From positions 13,578,001 through 13,642,000 of the forward strand of contig CM119372.1 in assembly GCA_051294905.1 (NCBI GenBank): a stretch of DNA of 64,000 bases, in the 5' to 3' direction. Under the pieces are notes generated by a model, which was given only the letters and a program-made list of their open reading frames with translations, did no database searches and was not told the DNA's origin. The stretch comes from Botryllus schlosseri (lineage: Eukaryota). The translations under genes and the position numbers were made by a program. Positions 58,301-64,000 of the stretch are shown piece after piece. The first letter of the stretch is position 1, and the number at the start of each line of letters is the position of its first letter.

Positions 58301-61300
58301 TATGCAGATGATGTGTTTTGTCGACGACGGATAGAGCATATCGATGCCTACGATAACTTATCGTAGGCCCCGAGCCTATATAATCCCTACGTAACGAAAT
58401 CCCGAAATAATTCTTACTCTCATGTATATCCGTTACACACGGCTCTTACTTTTACTCAATTGACCTCATTGCAATTTCAATCCAATGATAAATGGGAATT
58501 ACTAAGCAAGAAATAGATTCATATGTATTTATATCAACTTCCGTTATGCCAATGTGGAGAACGGGAATCTATCATGTGGTATATTAGAGCGAAATATCAC
58601 CGCACGTTTGGTTAAATTTGCACTGAAATGAAGCTGTTCTTGACAATGGAAGACAGTCCATCTGAATCAGTGGTGAAATCCACCAAAGCCATATCTCTTC
58701 ATTTTCTCATGCCCCTGTGTTATCAATCAATTCGCCCATAATTCGAAACGCGCAGGCTAATTGATTGGTCTTTCCAACACAGCCTTTCATGGTTCCCAGG
58801 CAATATCGTTCCTTTAAGCGACACGACAGATCATTCCGATAATCGATTGACGAGATTATGGTTACAATCAGAAGTCATATACTTTCCATATTACCTTCCG
58901 GTAACCGAAGTCGTGATGATGCTGCACCCGAACGTTAAGGTTTCGAGACGGCAAAACTAATTTCCCAGTCTAGACCCGACACATGTCTGCCGCCATCTTG
59001 TTGGCGTACAAAATAGTTGAACGCGTGAACAGCGCGCTGGCAGAAACAGGTATGTTGACTTGTTCCTGCCAGACCGGAGCACATGTATATTCAGATACAC
59101 GGCGCGCGGGGATATCTGCCAAAATTACAGCCGTGCATTCCCCATTTTGCATGAAGATCTGTGAAGTGTTATTTGTCGATATTGAAAGCGAAATGAGAAA
59201 TACAGGAAGCAATTACATTAATTGATCGGAATGGAATTCGGTTCAAGAATCCAAGTCGCAAGGAGGTCGCGATTTATTCGTCACGATTATTGGTTGCATT
59301 GCACGATGAACCGAGATATTGATAGTATACATGCCTTTTAGCGATCATCATATCAGTTGTATATATTCAATCGGATAAGCAGCAATCAGCGATTATTTGA
59401 CAATTAAGTAGCCCATACATACATCCTCAATATCAAAGAGCAATTCTGCGCATTATAGCCCTAAGAAATGCAGTATAATGCGAAAGTCGCTACCACCTGG
59501 AAAGTTGAGAATCCTGAAAGATTTTCAGTGAAGTAATGACACCACGGTCCAGTTTTGACTTCTTGAACATGAATGCGGAGTCATGTTGTTCAATCTACAA
59601 CACCAATTTATCTATTGTTGGTTCTATACCAATACCGAGAATGGTCAATGCCAATAATCTAACATTCTAACTCATTGAGACGGCGTTCTCGAGAAATTTA
59701 TATCTGAGAATCGACAACAAATGTGGCAAAGCCGCGATGCACATACACACAACTTATACATATGCATAACATAACTGCATTGTATACATTGCATTCTCGG
59801 TAATGTCCATTACCAGTGGTGTTCATTCTCGGTAATGTCTATTCTCTGCGGTGTTCATTTTCGGTAATGTCCATTCTCGGTGATGACCATTCTCGGTAAT
59901 GATTTTCTCGGTAATGATTTTCTCGGTAATGATTTTCTCGGTATTGAGCGGACACCAATTTTTGACGAGTCTGCGAGCACTAGAAAACTCATGACGCGGT
60001 CCCTTATACAACAGTGCGTAACGACTAAAAAAAAGGTCGTCACTTCGGATTTTTTGTGCTCAACCTAGATTTACTGTGCGCAGAAACCGTGTCAGCAGTG
60101 CGCAATTGCGCAATTGTGCACGTGCGCAGCTTAGAGGGCACATTGGTTACATCTATATTTTACCAGTGTCAACTGAGACTGAATTATATGTAGCAGTACA
60201 AGGAATGAAAATGCAAAATATATTATTCCATGATTTCTATCATAATATATGGTGTGATGATTACCAAATCGTTTTTATTTGTCAGGTTTGCTCCGTGTGT
60301 GGAAAAGCCTTCATAAATCTTCACAGACTGAAACGCCATCTCCTCACACACACAACGGGTGGGTCATCACTTTTCTCGTGTTTCTGACGCTTTGAAGTAG
60401 CTGATGGATCAACTGTATTCATAAATATATACTTCTCCCGTCGTTATTTTTATACAGCTCGGCGATGAAATAGCTGCGGTATTCATTTGATGCTTGGTAT
60501 TTAATATTTATTTATTTATTTATTTATGAAATAGCTAATCCGGGTTGTGAAATGACGAACAAAAATATGACATAAAAAATACTCAACTAACTTTAACGCA
60601 TGCGGTCGGAGGTTCTATAACGATTGGTAATGAAGTTATGATAGTGTCATACGTCTAGTACAACTGAATACGCAACTAGGTTGTATCAGGTTGTTTTATA
60701 TCATTCAGAATATTGTATAGCGATCATCTGATTAATAAGTCATTGTCTCATCAATATGATAATTTCTATCCATGTAGTTGAGATCCGTTTCGGAACTTCT
60801 ATATATTTCTGCTTGATTGAGAGATTACTGCACTACTCCCTTTTCTATTTTAGGATAATATGACAATGCATCTGTTAGCCTACCGTATGTCTTTTTCACA
60901 TCCTATGTCATTAATGAGAATTGATGCATGCACATAACTTGGGGCAATTCAAGGAGCGTTTTCACTTGATTGTAGTAGGTCGAATCCAGTGCCATATAGA
61001 ACATAATAATATATACCCGTAAAATTGTTCGGTATAAATTTACGAAATTGATTGACATATAACATTCTGAGAACTGTAGAATTTCCAACACTAATGAACA
61101 AAAAAATCCAGATATATGACCATCGTTTGACCACGTCAAAGCTTCCTAGTCATACGACCTACCTTGATGTTCGATTAACTCGATTAGAATCTGAGTTTCC
61201 TTAATTAAATATGTTATGAAAATATGGTTTAGCACTTTCCGAGAGGACCAGCAAAGCATTGCGCAAGGGAAAGTTTGAATATAGGAATTACAATTTTTCT

Positions 61301-62478
61301 GTCTATTGGTTGCACAAGGCACACTGCAGATGAAAACACGTACCTCGTATGGACTGCAGCGGAACCGCTCTTTATTGGCGTATCATAGCGTTATATGCTG
61401 TTACTGATATTACCGCTCTATAATTGTGCTCATGGAGTGACAAAGCATATAGGACTATACAGTCGAGTGTAATATGTACAAGAAATACGTCGCTTTCTTA
61501 ATAAGATTTTTTCGTGCGTATTAGCGCACAATTAAAACAATGCCGCGCTTCTCGCTACAGCGAATAGAAAGTTCAAGTGCGATGAATGTGGGAAGGCCTT
61601 CAAATACAAGCATCATCTCAAAGAGCATGAAAGAATTCATAGCGGTGAAAAACCTTACGAGTGCCCGAATCCAACCTGCAATAAAAGGTTTTCACATTCC
61701 GGCTCATTCAGGTACTATTATGCATTAGTTTAGGTATCACTTGACATAAAATAAAATCCAGTTCCCGAATGAGAATATCACTGAGCAATATCATTTCGTC
61801 TTGGTGACTACGACAACGTAAACACAGTAACAGCTGTCAACAAACCAGACTTGGCATAAAATGTGATAAAGCTAACCACACGACAGTGTACCTTTCCAAA
61901 AGTGACGCGTTTAACGTGCTCAAAACTGGATATTGAGTCATATAAGACACTCATAGTTACTAAATCTACTGATTTTCTAATATTAGTCTTTAGAAAAATA
62001 GCTAATTACTAATTCCACGACGGGATTCGTGAATATGATATGTCTCATTTCGACCAAAAACAATGGGCCGTATCTGTTATTCACAAATATCCTCCCAAAT
62101 ATGGGAAGTTAAACAACTATCGACTGAAATATCCAAATTTACTATGTCCAGTCCAGTCTTCCACGGCAATCCGTAGAGTCGATTCTTATTGTTCAGTTTG
62201 TCATGTCCGGCGTTATCTTTGTTAATGGTAGCAATCGCGCATCTAATAATAAGATTGACTTTATACATGTTCATTGTCAGTCCAGTTTTACTAGTACGAT
62301 GCTGCCATCACGATTTATTATTTCATATTGCCAGCTCGCATATCAGCAGCAAGAAATGTGTCGGAGGGGTGCGAAGTTACGGTTTTATGAAGCCGGAGAG
62401 TCCATGTTTTCCGGTAATGCTTCCGGAGCAAAAATTGGACAAGGAAAAAACATCCCATGCGTCAGTCAAGAGTCAAAT
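49370..62478 (+). CDS. ZEB: ZEB/Zfh1-family zinc-finger homeobox transcription factor, N-terminal part; exons 49370(start uncertain)-49679, 50420-50519, 50595-50703, 60286-60358, 61561-61711, 62335-62478 (or alternative donor after 62413); continues past the window
   Basis: Spliced: [49 protein letters not shown], then [22 protein letters not shown], then [55 protein letters not shown]. This matches the ZEB N-terminal cluster, and all GT-AG phases are consistent. The acidic first segment is less certain. Confidence 0.93.
54074..54466. mobile_element. GAGTC-repeat-rich hAT MITE nested in the Buster element
   Basis: CAGGGTTGTAA / TTACTACCCTG ends; degenerate TSD TTAGATTT/ATAGATTG. Confidence 0.75.
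54635..55216 (+). pseudogene. Decayed hAT transposase of the GTF2IRD2/SPIN (Buster/Charlie) type
   Basis: [21 protein letters not shown]...[35 protein letters not shown], and after a frameshift YVSLAFDES. These parallel GKPMCLIC..LKRHY, IAK..KPFTEGE, ISLSRNTV and FSLALDEST. Confidence 0.8.
59791..59945. repeat. Tandem array of ~15-bp units (TTCTCGGTAATGATT-like)
   Basis: About 9 recognisable units; the last three or four are near-identical. Confidence 0.85.
59955..60145 (+). mobile_element. Left-truncated third copy of the CAATGTTCCCTCTAA MITE family
   Basis: AATTTTTGACGAGTCTGCG.GCAC ... GTGCGCAGCTTAGAGGGCACATTG matches 17430-17607. Confidence 0.8.
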
Positions 62479-64000
62479 GTGAGACTAGTGGCTCTTTACT
62501 TGATTATTATTGATGACCCGCGACAAGATAACCACAGGCTTCTCCATTCCCTATGCGTTGGGATTAGGCATGAAAATAATCGAATCGCTGCTGAAAACTT
62601 TGCTCGGGTCTAATTAAGTACGTTTATTTTCAATATATTTATATTGAGCGAACTTTACTGCGGGACATCAGTCAATCGAAGCTGAATTCAAAGCGGTTCA
62701 TACATAAACGCATAGAAGTATTGGATAATGAAATTGTAAATAATCATGGATCCTAAATGACGTATGTGCTTTACGGTCACATTGTTTCCAGCAGCGGCAA
62801 TAGTCTAGCATCTTAGTGGTCGTAGAGCTAGCTGGAACTTAACGATCCTTATACAAGTGATTGGACTCTGCGGACACTGGACGGTCAAGGAAACCTTTCG
62901 TGATCTGCGTCCCGCGATTCCAACGGATCGTTGATAGATTTTGATTCTTTTTCTTTAAAATACTCCCTCTACTTCAGTATTTGTGAATGTCAGAGGGCAA
63001 TGCTGAAGTCCGGTGTTAAAACGACATTCCTTTATCCTCTGGTCGTGATACAAGATTACCATGCAGCCGATATATTGACCCATGACACGATGACATGTGA
63101 ATATTGGAAATGTGCTGCACGTCAATGCTTCAAATTTGCCGCCTTTCAAAAGTAAACTATAGGAGAAGCCAATCCTACCGGATCGTAATATTATCTTTTG
63201 GTTCATATATATATGCGTTTACTGGATGTATTGTATAATCTCCATCCAATTCGAAATTTTCAATAATTAGCCGTGGTTATGACGGAACATTATAACCGTG
63301 ATATGTAGGCTTCGATCGGTATTTTGATTTGTTTTGCTCCCATATTTCGCCTGGCTGTACAATGTACATTGTATACAGCCATGCCACATTCGGAATTTAG
63401 CACAAGGGTCGAGCTTACATATGCGAATAAAATTAGCGCACGCACGCATCGCAGTTTGCTTGAATGCTCTGATCTGATGTCGATGCGGCCACTGTTCGCG
63501 GCAAAAAGCGAAGCAGTGACTGAGCTTCCGGGTAGGCTATGCACGAAATGATCCTGTGAACAATCTATTAAGCAATAGTTGATGTCACTATCAAATTCTC
63601 GATCTCAGCAGATTTTGCAGTCGTATTGAAAAGAGAACGATTAACATAACTTATATTCCATGCGTGCTTGTTCCTATTCAAGATCGCAACAATCGGGTAC
63701 GTGGGTCTAAAATAAGCTGTGTGCCTGACAGGAAGCGGGAAGGAGTTCCCATTCAAACAAAAGAATCCTTTTATTCACTCCGATTTGCATGTTATATAGT
63801 TTTTATTACACCCAACTATATGTAACATTGTGTAAGTTCCTTCAAAAGCTATCACATTTCATGATTCCATTATGCGCCATCAATAACGTTTGGAACAATT
63901 GACATTAATGCAACGGTTTCGATATTGATAGTTAGATACCCTAGAATTGTGTTAATTCAGCATGGCTGAATCGTGCTTTCAATCATTCGTTTTAAATTGA

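Noticed and set aside
59791-60068. CRISPR-like array or repetitive proteins (LGNDF/EKIIT ORFs)
   Set aside because: The units are contiguous with no unique spacers, there are no cas genes, and the context is eukaryotic. The ORFs are by-products of the tandem repeat.
62931-63551. ORFs after the last ZEB exon as further ZEB exons
   Set aside because: No ZEB-like motifs (SMAD-binding, homeodomain, PxDLS, fingers) were seen. The 62988 acceptor is phase-compatible but leads to a stop, so it is unsupported.

Overview
Eukaryotic, AT-rich animal genomic DNA with GT-AG introns, including several of only 57-75 nt. Gene content and architecture suggest an invertebrate chordate, most likely an ascidian; this is an inference, not established. 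The left third holds a compact housekeeping cluster. PGAM5 (2 exons), POLR3K/RPC11 (intronless CDS) and an 11-exon KLHL28 orthologue lie on +. RPL14 (intronless CDS, TCT-type start) and tRNA-Gly(GCC) lie on -. At 22-27.4 kb is a nested retrotransposon structure: a 5'-truncated CR1/L2-type LINE with a second, near-identical copy inserted antisense inside it, and each copy is interrupted by a hAT element. The 27.4-49 kb region has no intact gene. It is rich in MITEs and foldback elements and holds what looks like a decayed Ig/FN3 receptor gene on -. From 49.4 kb to the window end lies the N-terminal part of a ZEB/Zfh1 gene, which has an extra C2H2 finger exon absent from vertebrate ZEB1/2 and a Buster-type hAT transposase fossil in its long intron. 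Eleven hAT elements with recognisable 8-bp TSDs split into two target-site classes. No CRISPR array or prokaryotic system is present. All homology calls come from my own reading of translations; no searches were run.
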